Source: an uncultured Acidobacteriaceae bacterium
Lineage (GTDB): Bacteria > Acidobacteriota > Terriglobia > Terriglobales > Acidobacteriaceae
Assembly: GCA_963697175.1 (NCBI GenBank)
Contig: CAVONC010000028.1
Coordinates: forward strand, 19,718-83,717
Direction: 5' to 3'
DNA length: 64,000 bases
Position 1 is the stretch's first letter, and every line of letters starts with the position of its first letter. Of the stretch, positions 53,946 to 63,269 are shown in pieces. A program made the position numbers and the translations under genes. A model generated the notes under the pieces. That model was not told the DNA's origin, did no database searches, and saw only the letters and a list, made by a program, of their open reading frames with translations.

Positions 53946-54206
53946 ATGCCTGACATTCTTTTCATCCTGCTATTGGCCCTGATCATCTTCGGCCCCAAGC
54001 GGCTGCCGGAGATCATGCGCCAAGTGGCGAAATTTTTGGCCCAGGCTCGCATGATGCGCGACGATCTGAAGCGGCAGCTGGAAAGCGAGATGATCAACAT
54101 CGAGCTGGAAGAAAAGCAGAAAGCCGCCGCGGTTGCTCCCAAACAACTCGAAGCCGCTCCGCAGCCTGCACCTGCCGAGACGATACAGCAAGGGTCGGTG
54201 ACGTAG
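53946..54206 (+). CDS. tatB: TatA/TatB-family Sec-independent translocase subunit (TatB-like)
   Basis: MPDILFILLLALIIFGPKRLPEIMRQVAKFLAQARMMRDDLKRQLE has the TM helix, FGP hinge and amphipathic helix layout. Confidence 0.75.
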   Translation: MPDILFILLLALIIFGPKRLPEIMRQVAKFLAQARMMRDDLKRQLESEMINIELEEKQKAAAVAPKQLEAAPQPAPAETIQQGSVT

Positions 54207-54319
54207 CAGGGTTGTTCCTTTCTTAATCCCGCAGACAAAATCTTGATAGATTTCTGCGTCGCCGATGATAGAGTGACAGGAATCGCGTTGTGCCGCAGCT
54301 GAAGCCGACTCAGACGAGC

Positions 54320-54363
54320 AAATAAATGGCTTAGACGCTGACCTGAAGGTCAGCTCTACCCGA
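54320..54363 (+). repeat. REP family AAATAAA..GC.TAGACGCTG.CCTGAAGG.CAGC.CTACCCGA (copy 1)
   Basis: It matches 55199..55242. The two copies bracket the STAS-domain gene in direct orientation. Confidence 0.8.
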
Positions 54364-54370
54364 GGAGAGC

Positions 54371-55060
54371 ATGTCACTGTCTCTGGATTGCCGCGCGTGC
54401 GGCAAGGTGTATGTGATCAAAAGCATGGGCCGCATCGTCACCGGCGAAGAGGCGACGATGTTGCAGGCGGCGCTGAGCCGCGCCATGCTGGAATTCCGCC
54501 ATGTGGTGCTGGACGTTTCGGAAACGACGCGTCTGGACAGTACCGGCATGGGCCTGCTGGTGCGATTCCTGACGCACGCGCGCAATCGCGGCGGCGACCT
54601 GCGGCTGGCCGCTCCACAACCGTTCTTCCGTACCCTGCTGCAGATGACCAAGCTGTCCAGCATCTTCCGGGTCTACGATTCCGATGAGCAAGCCATCGTT
54701 TCGTTCCTGAAGGAGCCGCAGGAGTTGCATCCCAAGCCCAAGGGCGTGGGACCACTGGTGCTGTTTGTCGATCAGTCGCCGGACCTGTGCGCGTTTGTGC
54801 GAACGCTGCTCGATCATCAAGGCTACGTGGTGATTTCGACTTGCCGCATGCGGGACGCGAGGATTTTACTGACCGCCTCGGACGTGGCGTACATTGTGCT
54901 TGGTCCCGACTGCTCGGAGCTGCCGTCTGACAATGTGGTAGATTCGCTGAAATTGCTGGCTCCCAAGGCCATGACCGTGAAGCTGGATCGGGGCTTTGAG
55001 CTGGGCGATCCGGAACGCGCCAGCCAAGAGCTTTTGCGCAAGATGCAGCCGCAGGCGTAG
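54371..55060 (+). CDS. STAS-domain (anti-sigma-factor-antagonist-like) protein fused to a receiver-like C-terminal domain
   Basis: The N-terminal half (VVLDVSETTRLDSTGMGLLVRFL...LRLAAPQPFFRTLLQMTKLSSIFRVYDS) is SpoIIAA/STAS-like. The C-terminal half (LVLFVDQSPDLCAFVRTLLDHQGYVV...AYIVLGPD) looks like a CheY-like fold. The receiver call is weak. Confidence 0.6.
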   Translation: MSLSLDCRACGKVYVIKSMGRIVTGEEATMLQAALSRAMLEFRHVVLDVSETTRLDSTGMGLLVRFLTHARNRGGDLRLAAPQPFFRTLLQMTKLSSIFRVYDSDEQAIVSFLKEPQELHPKPKGVGPLVLFVDQSPDLCAFVRTLLDHQGYVVISTCRMRDARILLTASDVAYIVLGPDCSELPSDNVVDSLKLLAPKAMTVKLDRGFELGDPERASQELLRKMQPQA

Positions 55061-55198
55061 CAGGTATCCCTCGCGGACTAAAGTCCGCTCGGGATGATCA
55101 AAAATTGAGCGGCTTAGTGGCACGACTGAAGTCGTGCCCTGTTACAAAGCGCGCGTGAATCGAGTTTTGCAGCAGACGGCAAAGACGACTCAGGAACG

Positions 55199-55242
55199 AA
55201 ATAAACCGCCTAGACGCTGGCCTGAAGGCCAGCACTACCCGA
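55199..55242 (+). repeat. REP family AAATAAA..GC.TAGACGCTG.CCTGAAGG.CAGC.CTACCCGA (copy 2)
   Basis: See 54320..54363. Confidence 0.8.
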
Positions 55243-55287
55243 ACAGATCGTAAGACTCTTTTAGCAGCCTGTTACGCCGGAAGGGCG

Positions 55288-56382
55288 CTAGTCCCGCAAT
55301 GCTGTCTTTAAGGACGTGGCTGGCAGTGGCGGCTCGGATGTAGCGTAGTATCTCCGCTGAAAATAGAGTGCGACATTGACCAAACCAATCATCGCTGGAA
55401 CCTCGACCAGCGGGCCGATCACGGCGGTGAATGCCTCGCCGGAATTGATGCCGAAGACGGCCACCGCAACGGCAATGGCAAGCTCAAAATTGTTGCTCGC
55501 GGCGGTGAATGAAAGCGTCGCCGATTTGGAGTAGTCCGCCCCCAGCTTGTAGCCGAGAAAGAACGACACCAGAAACATCAGCACAAAATAAATCAACAGC
55601 GGAATGGCGATGCGAACGACATCGAACGGAAGACGCAGGATGTACTCGCCCTTCAGCGAGAACATGACGACGATGGTGAACAGGAGTGCGATCAGCGTGA
55701 GCGGGCTGATGCGCGGAATGAAACTCTTCTCGTACCAGTCGCGTCCCTTGAGCGCGACCAGGGAGAAGCGCGTGATGATTCCAGCGAGGAACGGAATGCC
55801 GAGATAGATGAAGACGCTCTCAGCGATGTCGCGGATGGAGACGTTGACGGCCATTCCGCGCAGGCCGAACCAGAGCGGGAGCTTGGTGACGAAGATCCAG
55901 GCATAGACGGAATAGAAGAGCACCTGGAAGACCGAGTTGAACGCCACCAGGCCGGCGGCATATTGCGTGTCACCTTTGGCGAGTTCGTTCCACACGATCA
56001 CCATGGCGATGCAGCGCGCGAGGCCGATCAGAATCAACCCTGCCATGTAGTGCGGATATCCGCGCAGGAAAATGATTGCCAGTGCAAACATCAGCACGGG
56101 GCCGATCAGCCAGTTCTGCAGCAGCGAGAGCGCGAGAATTTTTCGGTTGCGGAAGACTTCGCCCAGTTCTTCGTAACGAACTTTGGCCAGCGGAGGGTAC
56201 ATCATCAGGATGAGGCCGACGGCGATGGGAACCGAGGTGGTGCCGACGCTGAAGCGGTTGAGGAAGGGAACGATGCCGGGAAGCGCCCATCCCGCGAGCA
56301 CGCCGGCCAGCATGGCGACAAAGATCCAGAGCGTGAGGTAGCGATCGAGAAAGCTGAGACGAGATGTCACGTGGCTTTGCAT
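55288..56382 (-). CDS. acr3: arsenite efflux permease, ACR3 family
   Basis: The start is ATG 56382. It has [29 protein letters not shown] and [11 protein letters not shown]. Confidence 0.92.
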   Translation of the reverse strand: MQSHVTSRLSFLDRYLTLWIFVAMLAGVLAGWALPGIVPFLNRFSVGTTSVPIAVGLILMMYPPLAKVRYEELGEVFRNRKILALSLLQNWLIGPVLMFALAIIFLRGYPHYMAGLILIGLARCIAMVIVWNELAKGDTQYAAGLVAFNSVFQVLFYSVYAWIFVTKLPLWFGLRGMAVNVSIRDIAESVFIYLGIPFLAGIITRFSLVALKGRDWYEKSFIPRISPLTLIALLFTIVVMFSLKGEYILRLPFDVVRIAIPLLIYFVLMFLVSFFLGYKLGADYSKSATLSFTAASNNFELAIAVAVAVFGINSGEAFTAVIGPLVEVPAMIGLVNVALYFQRRYYATSEPPLPATSLKTALRD

Positions 56383-56389
56383 ACGCGTG

Positions 56390-56884
56390 CTATTGCTGGC
56401 GGCCAATTTGGTCGATCTCCTTCTGGATGGCGAGGGCGCCGAGGCTGGCCAACGGCAGCGAAACGAAGAGCCCGATCCTGCGATCAAGCATGAAAAAGGC
56501 TTCGCGATAAGCGCGGTCGATTTCGTCCTGCGTGCCGGTGACTGCCGCGGGATCAGGGATTCCCCAGTGCGCCGTCATGGGCTGGCCGGGCCAGACCGGA
56601 CAGACTTCGTTGGCCGCGTTATCGCAGACGGTGAAGACGAAGTTCATTTGCGGCGCACCAGGCTGAGCGAACTCGTCCCAATCCTTACTGCGCAGGCCGG
56701 CGGTGGAGAGGTGAGCGCTTTCGAGTTGGCGAAGCGCCTCGGGACGAACCGTGCCGGAGGGATGACTGCCGGCGCTGTAAGCCGTAAAGGTAGGCCGGCC
56801 TTTGCGATTGAGGATCGCCTCCGCCATGATGGAGCGCGCCGAATTGCCGGTGCAGAGGAAGAGAACGTTGTAGTGCGTGGGCAT
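56390..56884 (-). CDS. arsC: arsenate reductase, LMW-PTPase (thioredoxin-coupled) type
   Basis: The start is ATG 56884. It has [16 protein letters not shown] (the CX5R P-loop) and [11 protein letters not shown]. Confidence 0.92.
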   Translation of the reverse strand: MPTHYNVLFLCTGNSARSIMAEAILNRKGRPTFTAYSAGSHPSGTVRPEALRQLESAHLSTAGLRSKDWDEFAQPGAPQMNFVFTVCDNAANEVCPVWPGQPMTAHWGIPDPAAVTGTQDEIDRAYREAFFMLDRRIGLFVSLPLASLGALAIQKEIDQIGRQQ

Positions 56885-56889
56885 GATAG

Positions 56890-57725
56890 TTATTTCCTCG
56901 CGGCGGCTTGTGGCTTTCTGGCGCGGATGAAGGCGCTCCATGAATTTGCCGTCGACCTGCGGCGCCAGGGCGTTCGACGTCGAGGCCTTGTTCGGTCAGA
57001 AAGACGCGCGCGTCCTCGACTTTGTGAACGCGCGTGGGTTCGATGTCGATGGCTTCGAAGCCTGCCGCGGCCAGCTTGGCGGAGTAATCCGCGTCCTGCA
57101 ACGCTCCCGCGATACAGCCCACCCACAGCAGCACGTTCTTGCGGACTTCATCCGGCACGTCGCCATGTACCACAACGTCAGACACGGCGAAACGGCCACC
57201 TGGCTTGAGCACGCGGAAGGCTTCGCGGAGAACGCGGTCCTTGTCGGCCGAGAGATTGATGACGCAGTTGGAGATGATGACGTCGACGGAGTTATCGGGC
57301 AGGGGAATGTTTTCGATTTCGCCCTTGAGGAACTCGACATTCTGGACACCGGACTGGCGCTGATTCTGGCGCGCGAGAGCGAGCATCTCGTCGGTCATGT
57401 CGAGTCCGTAGGCTTTGCCGGTGGGACCGACGCGCTGAGCCGAGAGCAGGACATCGATGCCGCCGCCGGAGCCGAGGTCGAGAACGATCTCGCCGGCGTT
57501 CAGCTGCGCCAGCGCCGTAGGATTGCCGCAACCGAGAGAAGCTTTCAACGCCGCTTCCGGAATTTGTTGCGCCTGGGTCGGGTCGTAAAGATTGCTGGTG
57601 ATGGGATCGCAGCAGAGTTCGCCTGCGGGAGCGGCGCCGCAGCAGCTGCTGGCCGATCCGGATTGCACACGCAAGGCCGCCTGCCCGTATTTCTCTTTCA
57701 CCGTTTGCTTGATGTCGGTCGTCAT
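56890..57725 (-). pseudogene. arsM: arsenite S-adenosylmethionine methyltransferase ArsM, two apparent 1-nt insertions near the 3' end (about 56969-56978 and 56932-56941)
   Basis: ATG 57725 gives [14 protein letters not shown]...SSCCG...[16 protein letters not shown] and WVGCIAGAL. The conserved end [11 protein letters not shown] / [14 protein letters not shown]-stop lies in the two other frames. Confidence 0.88.
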
Positions 57726-57739
57726 GGTTTCTCCTGTTT

Positions 57740-58087
57740 TTATCTTGGGGTTCGTAGCACTTCTTCGGGGCGGACGACTTTGTTGCGGGTGCAGCATTCG
57801 CTGAAGAGGAACGTCAGCAGCTCGCGCAGCGCTTCCGTGTTCGCGGTGTACCACAGGAAGGTGCCGTCGCGCCGGACCTTCACCAGGCCTTCGTTCTTCA
57901 GCTTGTCGAGATGATGCGAGAGGGTAGAGCTGGGAATGTCGAGCTCGCTGCCGATCTCGCCGACCACCATGCCGGTAGGGTGAGCGGAGAGGAGCAGTTG
58001 CACGATGCGGAGGCGGGGCTCGGTGCCCATGGCCGAGAACATGTCGGCGCAGCGGGTGGTGAGCTCGGGATCGTGCTTGCCGGTCAT
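57740..58087 (-). CDS. arsR: ArsR/SmtB-family metalloregulator
   Basis: It has RLRIVQLLL...[30 protein letters not shown] (wHTH) and a C-terminal Cys pair (SECC). It is the first gene of the ars operon. Confidence 0.88.
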   Translation of the reverse strand: MTGKHDPELTTRCADMFSAMGTEPRLRIVQLLLSAHPTGMVVGEIGSELDIPSSTLSHHLDKLKNEGLVKVRRDGTFLWYTANTEALRELLTFLFSECCTRNKVVRPEEVLRTPR

Positions 58088-58448
58088 GCGCCTCCTTCGA
58101 TGTTTCCATGATTACGGAAATATCGAAGGATTGTCAAGAGGGAGGATGAAAAGATTTTGCGGCGGTCTCGATTTGGGAATGGGGAGTGCCGCCCCTGAAG
58201 GGGCTCGGGAGCTAATCAACGCGAGTTACCCAGCGCTTCCGCGCTGGGCTAATTACTTTGGACCTGCGGCGGGACTCGGTTCTATTGCAACCGAGAATCC
58301 GTCCGCGCCCAGGTTAGCCCAACAGAAGGGCGAACCTGGGGCACCGGGCTTCCGGCGAACCACAGATCCCTCCGCTGCGCTTCACTCCGGTCGGGATGAC
58401 AAATCAAATCGGGGTGGTTTGAACTGGCGTCTCTAGAGACATCAAGGT

Positions 58449-58805
58449 ATGGTAGAAGCGATTCAGAATAGCCCTATGGCAATACCCCTACGCTTCGTCG
58501 ATGACGAATACACGCCCCGGCTCTGGGCCGAGCTGTACCCCGTGCTGCGCAACATCAAGACCGAGGATCTGGCCAAGAAGATGCTAGTCTACAAGAATAA
58601 GCCGGCGCAGAGTTGGAGGGCCGACGACTGGGGCCTGCTGGATGCTTTGAACCACATGCTCACGCTGAGGGCCAGCGCCAAGGGTCACCGCTTGCGCAAC
58701 GACTCACCTGCAAACCAGGACGCGGCATTCTGGGCCAAACTGGACAAGGAGCTGAGCTTCTACTATGACGCTGAATACCCTGGCAAGGAGCTCGCCGAAG
58801 AGTAG
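58449..58805 (+). CDS. hypothetical protein
   Basis: 118-aa ORF with balanced composition at the edge of a lower-GC segment. I recognise no family. Confidence 0.4.
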   Translation: MVEAIQNSPMAIPLRFVDDEYTPRLWAELYPVLRNIKTEDLAKKMLVYKNKPAQSWRADDWGLLDALNHMLTLRASAKGHRLRNDSPANQDAAFWAKLDKELSFYYDAEYPGKELAEE

Positions 58806-59295
58806 TCTGCCAATTTTACCGAGCGCGGCGTGCTACGTTTCTGTGAAAAAGATGTGAATTGACCTTGGACATTTTTCAGCCACATTCGGCGGCGCTTTTG
58901 GATACTGAGATTTAGTTGAGAAGATTCCCACAGCAAAATAAGTGGCGTATGCACAAACCTTGGGCGTTGACATTCTTCAATCCTGGGATAGGATGGCATT
59001 CGTCGACGGCAGAAAAGGGCGGGCAACTAATAGCGGCCAACCCGAAGTATGCTGAGTGATTGGTTCCGCGGGGCGACCCGAGGGAATCGCCAGACCCGAA
59101 AAAACCGACTGCGCTGCGAGGTGTCAGCCGGGGTTTGGAACCGCAAAAGCGGTGATCGCTTCAAGGGCTGTGACGGTACATGCATCCACGCCGGTAACTC
59201 CCTCGCAGGAGTTGGCGGCTAGAGCATAACCAAAGTCACGGCCCTTTCTATTTTGTCTGAAAGTGACATTGCTTCAGGATTCTGCGCCCGGCAAT

Positions 59296-59526
59296 CTAGT
59301 TTGTTCCGGGTGTGGCCACGGGATCCGGCAATTTCTTGCCCTGTACTACCGTTGCTTCGGCGATCTGGGTCAACCGCTCCTGAAGATTGCAGTGGGGGAT
59401 CGGATCTCCCTCAGCAGTCGAGAGCCTTCTCCACGTAAAGAAAACACCACTTGCTATCGCTACGATCGCTATGCCCGCGGCTGCGCATAGCAGTAGCACC
59501 CAAAGCTGAGTCATATTGCCGGCCAT
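59296..59526 (-). CDS. hypothetical small membrane protein
   Basis: 76 aa with one clear TM helix (LWVLLLCAAAGIAIVAIASGVFF). It lies in the lower-GC segment, and coding status is uncertain. Confidence 0.3.
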   Translation of the reverse strand: MAGNMTQLWVLLLCAAAGIAIVAIASGVFFTWRRLSTAEGDPIPHCNLQERLTQIAEATVVQGKKLPDPVATPGTN

Positions 59527-59719
59527 TCAGTCACCCCGTTGACAACTTCCCTTGACGTTCACGAAGAGTTGGCTCTTCGTGTCAAAACTACTGGCGCTTA
59601 TCTACAGAGTAGGTGTCCATCAGTGCACTGTATAGACCACTGAGGTGCAACCATTTCATGGCGCTGATGGAGCCCTTTAGTGGTCAGGGTGGGGCTGTAG
59701 ATGTTGACGCTTAGCCTGG

Positions 59720-60334
59720 TTGCCTACACACGCGGCGTGTTTGCCGGTGAATTATCATCGATCAGTGGTTCGCCGCGCCGCCATTGTCGCTTTCGCGTTT
59801 CTTTTCATCCCCGCAGCTCTGTTCGGGCAGTACGCTGGCCGACATGGTGGCTCGAAGTCCGGTAACCCGGGCAGTTCAACGGCGCCGGCCGACGATCCTG
59901 CTTTGACCAACCTGAAACACGCGGTTGCGGTGGAAGCGACAGACGCGCAAGCAGCGCAATTCAGGGTTCTGGCCAAGTGTACGGATGCGGCTCGCCAGAG
60001 GGCGCAAGTTCTCCAGCAAGCAGGCTCAGACGCGGCGGTCTCGAACGCCACGGCTTTGCAGGACGCGCTCGACGAAGTCCAGCGCCAAGGTCGACACTTC
60101 CTCAACACGTTTTCGGATGCGCAAACTTCCGGGCTGAAGAAGCAAACCAAGAAGCTAAACCAGTCGGATGAAACGGTGGTGAAGGGAGCGAAGAAACTCG
60201 CAGAGCAATTGGATCAAATTCCACCAGACCCACAGCGCTTGAAGGAAAGTGCGACGAACCTGGAGCAGGCGTTGACCAAGTTGCAGGTTGAACAAAATGC
60301 GCTGAGCAAGGAAATGGGGATCGAAGCACAGTGA
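59720..60334 (+). CDS. hypothetical secreted alpha-helical protein
   Basis: A signal-like segment (AAIVAFAFLFIPAALFGQ) is followed by Ala/Gln/Lys-rich helices. The start may be TTG 59720 or GTG 59747. Confidence 0.45.
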   Translation: MPTHAACLPVNYHRSVVRRAAIVAFAFLFIPAALFGQYAGRHGGSKSGNPGSSTAPADDPALTNLKHAVAVEATDAQAAQFRVLAKCTDAARQRAQVLQQAGSDAAVSNATALQDALDEVQRQGRHFLNTFSDAQTSGLKKQTKKLNQSDETVVKGAKKLAEQLDQIPPDPQRLKESATNLEQALTKLQVEQNALSKEMGIEAQ

Positions 60335-60400
60335 CGAACATCGGACCGAGCAACGGGTTTGGGGGAATCGCGTGGTATCTGGGAAGCCGACTTGTGGCTC

Positions 60401-63259
60401 TTAGTTTTCGGCGGCGAGCGCCGAAACGGGCGACAGGCAGTCAGGCGTGCTTTCCAGGTCCAGGCCTTTAGGAAGCGGCTCGCCGAAGGTTCGAGCTACA
60501 TCGGATCGATCCGGCGTGATCAACTCCGCGAGCGGGCGCAACAGCGATTGGTCAGACAGGCTGGCGGCTTTCAGGCGAGCGAGAGCAGACTGTCGCACAT
60601 CTTCGCTGATGTCTCGCGATCGGTCTCCGGTGCGCCTGCCAAGCTGAAGTATCGCGCTGGCGGTTTCGTGATCGAGTTCGCGCAGATCGAGCAAGGCCAG
60701 GATCCAGTCCTGCGCAGCTTCCGCCGGCACAATGCACGCAAGCGAACCGTACAGCGGAATGCGCGCGCCAAATCGGCCGAGCGCCCACAACCACGCGCTG
60801 TCGGCGGGCTCCTTCTTGAGTTTGCGTAGCAGCTCGCCACCGAGCGCGGCCCGAGTGGCGCCCGACAGGTTTTCGAGACTGGCCAGCAGGCGCCAGCCGT
60901 CGCGTTCCAGTTGCGCGTTCAGGCGCGGTCCGCGCGCCTTCCGTGCGATGCCAATTTCGCCCAGATATTTGCGAACCTCATGCTGGTGGGCCGCGCTCAG
61001 GCCGCCCGCGATTCGACGCCAAAGCACCAGCCAGTTGATTTGATTCTGCAGATCGGAACCAAATGCCAGCCCCGATTGATAGATCTTGCGCAACATGGTC
61101 ATGCGCTCGGCATCCTGCTGGTCGCCGAAGCCCGGACGCAAGCAGAATCCGAGCAGGTTGAGCCAGCGGGCTTCATGCTGGGCACTCAACCTTCGCCCGC
61201 CGGCAACTTCCAGCAACATGTCCGAGAGTGCGCGTACTAGCTCGATGGGCCAAGATTCTTTCTTCGATCCCAGGCGCGCTTCCAGGTCATTGGGCAGCGC
61301 TGCCGGATCGCCAGGCTGCGCGTCGCCAGACTTGTTGAACACAGCTTGGATTGCCTGCCTGGCAGCGGCAAGCGATTCCTCGGAAATCTCTGACGATAAC
61401 GCTCCCGACGACTTCGGCCGACTCGCTCCGGCTTGCGTTTCCGCAGCAGCGTCGCCCCGCAATTCAAACTGAAGCCGCCAACGATGCGGCGAGATCACCG
61501 ATTCGCACCACAGCTCGAGCGTGCCGACTTCGGTGAAGCTAACCGACAAGCGCACGGCCAGATTCTTTTGCTCCAGCTTCTTGCCGTAGCGCAGCAATGT
61601 GACCAGCGGCGCGTGCTGATGCACCTCAGCGCGATCCAACTCAGCAATGGACCCATGCGCGTCGTGCCGTACCGTCGAGCTATACAGGTTGAACGATACG
61701 GGCCGGTTGGCCAGCACCGAGAATTCGCGGGCCAGAGGCAGCGTGGTCCCCTCGTCGGTTCCAGCGGGCAACACGCAAACTGCATTGCCCTCGGCACGCG
61801 TCCCGATGTAGTAGGTGCGCGCGCTGCCGGCTTTTACGCGCAAGCCGTCTCCTCGCCGCACCCGGCCGTAGTACGCTGCCCCGACGGCTACGGCGCTGCC
61901 CATCGCGTCGCTGGAGAGAATCCTGGGACGCCAGCCGTGTTCCTTGCCAAACCAATGCGAGATCGCTTCGACGATTCGCTCACGCGCGATTTCCGGAATG
62001 CAGAAGCCGCCGTTGAACAGAATTGCATCCGGCCTGATCATGCGCGGAGCGCTGGATTTGCCGGCGTCGACATGGGCTCCTTCGTTCATGGTGGCCGCCG
62101 CTTGCCTCAGGAAGGCGGCAAGATGCTTCGTAATCGCCGGATCGCTGACATAGGGAAGTCCAACTTCGCGCAGTCCCGAGTGCCGAGTGCGCAACGGAGT
62201 TTCTTCTGGAGTCGTTAACGGCAGGAAGCCATTGGTGAGCAGGTCCGTGACTTCATCACGGGTTAGCTCGCTACTCAGCGTCTGGCCAACGACTGCACGC
62301 CCACTACCCAAAATGCTGATGGGCAGGCGGTCGACATCAGAATCGCTGAGCAGCCGCTCCTTCGCTGCGCAACAGGCGATTTCGAGTGCGTGACGTTGTC
62401 GCAGGCCCAGTTTCGCATTGAGTTTTTGTTCGACGCGGCGTGCCAGGGCGAGGTCGAGGTTTTCTCCGCCAAGCAACAGGTGGTCGCCGATGGCCGTCCT
62501 TTCGAACTGCACCTTGCCGTCGGCAATGTGCGTCCGTACCAGGCTGAAATCCGAGGTGCCGCCGCCGATGTCGCAGATCAGCACGATGTCACCGTCCTGC
62601 ACCTGGGTCGCGATCGCTTGCTGATGCACGGCAACCCAGGCGTAGAAGGCTGCCAACGGCTCTTCCAGCAACGTGAGGTGTTCCAGACCGGCTCGCCGCG
62701 CTGCTTCCACCGTCAATTCGCGCGCCTCTTCATCGAAGGACGCGGGGACGGTGAGAACGATCTCCTGGTTCTCGAAGGCCAGCTCCGGAGCGCTGCCATC
62801 CGCGCCAGCGATCACGTGGTTCCACGCGTTACGCAAATGCATGAGGTAACGCGCCGAAGCGTCGACCGGAGAAATCCTCGGCTCTTGCGGCTCCGCTTCG
62901 CGCGGCAGTATTTCAGCGGTTCGATTTACGGCATCCTGGCATAGCCAGGATTTCGCCGACGAAACTTGCCGTCCCGGAACGAGCGCGCCTTGCTCACGAG
63001 CCGCAACTCCCGCGATTGAAGACGGCCGATCTTCCCAAGGCAAGTTGAACGCACCTGAGTCAATCTCATCTTTGGTGGGGAAGTAGAGAAAGGAAGGAAG
63101 CGCGGGAACGGCCCGGACCTCATGTGCGGCTACGATTTGGGGAATGTCGAAAACATGAATGCCATGCGATTCCTCACCGGGCACGACCGCGGTGTCGAGG
63201 TAGGCCACTACGGAGTTGGTCGTGCCCAGGTCGATGCCAATCAGGTAGCGGGAAGACAT
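60401..63259 (-). CDS. atypical Hsp70-family ATPase with ~330-aa helical C-terminal extension
   Basis: 952 aa. Hsp70/actin-fold motifs are present: YLIGIDLGTTNSVVAY, VLTVPASFDE, ICDIGGGTSDFSLV and LFNGGFCIPE. A beta-rich module follows, ending GTLELWCESV..RWRLQFELR. A long helical region of unrecognised family completes the protein. Confidence 0.8.
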   Translation of the reverse strand: MSSRYLIGIDLGTTNSVVAYLDTAVVPGEESHGIHVFDIPQIVAAHEVRAVPALPSFLYFPTKDEIDSGAFNLPWEDRPSSIAGVAAREQGALVPGRQVSSAKSWLCQDAVNRTAEILPREAEPQEPRISPVDASARYLMHLRNAWNHVIAGADGSAPELAFENQEIVLTVPASFDEEARELTVEAARRAGLEHLTLLEEPLAAFYAWVAVHQQAIATQVQDGDIVLICDIGGGTSDFSLVRTHIADGKVQFERTAIGDHLLLGGENLDLALARRVEQKLNAKLGLRQRHALEIACCAAKERLLSDSDVDRLPISILGSGRAVVGQTLSSELTRDEVTDLLTNGFLPLTTPEETPLRTRHSGLREVGLPYVSDPAITKHLAAFLRQAAATMNEGAHVDAGKSSAPRMIRPDAILFNGGFCIPEIARERIVEAISHWFGKEHGWRPRILSSDAMGSAVAVGAAYYGRVRRGDGLRVKAGSARTYYIGTRAEGNAVCVLPAGTDEGTTLPLAREFSVLANRPVSFNLYSSTVRHDAHGSIAELDRAEVHQHAPLVTLLRYGKKLEQKNLAVRLSVSFTEVGTLELWCESVISPHRWRLQFELRGDAAAETQAGASRPKSSGALSSEISEESLAAARQAIQAVFNKSGDAQPGDPAALPNDLEARLGSKKESWPIELVRALSDMLLEVAGGRRLSAQHEARWLNLLGFCLRPGFGDQQDAERMTMLRKIYQSGLAFGSDLQNQINWLVLWRRIAGGLSAAHQHEVRKYLGEIGIARKARGPRLNAQLERDGWRLLASLENLSGATRAALGGELLRKLKKEPADSAWLWALGRFGARIPLYGSLACIVPAEAAQDWILALLDLRELDHETASAILQLGRRTGDRSRDISEDVRQSALARLKAASLSDQSLLRPLAELITPDRSDVARTFGEPLPKGLDLESTPDCLSPVSALAAEN

Positions 63260-63269
63260 GGCTGCCTGC

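Noticed and set aside
56685-58109. 474-aa ORF spanning arsR, arsM and part of arsC
   Set aside because: Only residues 129 to about 380 (from MTTDIKQ) are ArsM. The N-terminal 128 residues are an out-of-frame overlap of arsR (Arg/His/Pro-rich). The C-terminal part is out-of-frame read-through after the arsM frame disruptions.
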